From the IMG/VR virus record IMGVR_UViG_3300031466_000110: DNA of 64,000 nucleotides, one strand, 5' to 3'. This DNA comes from a virus. Each line of letters begins with the position of its first letter. Within the stretch, counting starts at the first letter, position 1. The position numbers were made by a program, and so were the translations under genes. Shown here one piece after another: positions 63,989-64,000 of this stretch. The notes beneath the pieces were generated by a model. It worked only from the letters and a program-made list of their open reading frames with translations. It did no database searches and was not told the DNA's origin.

Positions 63989-64000
63989 GTGAGAAAGAAC

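Larger units (their letters stand above)
1..64000. mobile_element. Segment of a large conjugative element / megaplasmid with its own replication-repair genes
   Basis: Co-oriented Tad-like, T4SS-like (VirB4, VirB11, FtsK), ParM partition and DnaB/topoisomerase/ligase/TK genes. No ribosomal or other core housekeeping genes and no capsid, terminase or tail genes. Element ends not visible. Confidence 0.75.

Noticed and set aside
1-64000. Jumbo phage interpretation
   Set aside because: No terminase, portal, capsid, tail or holin recognised, while conjugation and partition genes are abundant. It cannot be fully excluded outside the window.

Overview
A 64-kb segment of a large, apparently conjugative mobile element, probably a megaplasmid or giant extrachromosomal element/ICE of a Bacillota host (strong GGAGG/GGGGGT ribosome-binding sites, sigma-A type promoters). 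No phage structural genes, tRNA/rRNA, CRISPR, transposase or relaxase were seen. Essentially all credible genes (about 55) lie on the minus strand. There are three blocks. (i) 1-15.3 kb: Tad/Flp-like module (CpaF/VirB11 ATPase, MinD/CpaE-like, SAF/CpaB-like), an M23 peptidase and a 2863-aa secreted adhesin-like protein. (ii) 15.3-45.7 kb: an element-encoded DNA metabolism set (minimal NAD+ ligase, RuvC-like resolvase, stand-alone CHC2 primase zinc finger, DnaB helicase, degenerate DnaC-like protein, both type IIA topoisomerase subunits, SF2 helicase, SprT protease, thymidine kinase), interleaved with an EAL phosphodiesterase cassette and a parM/parR + pilin-like + transfer-ATPase module. (iii) 45.7-64 kb: Gram-positive T4SS-like block (FtsK/SpoIIIE, VirB4-like ATPase, small membrane/lipoproteins, C39-like peptidase). 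The strongest signal not explained by the genes is a dispersed, strand-polarised hexamer, 5'-GGGGTA-3' on the coding strand. By hand count it occurs about 160 times versus about 6 on the other strand, in all three reading frames. It is a candidate recognition signal for the element's own primase or translocase. Several start codons were refined from the ORF track using RBS position.
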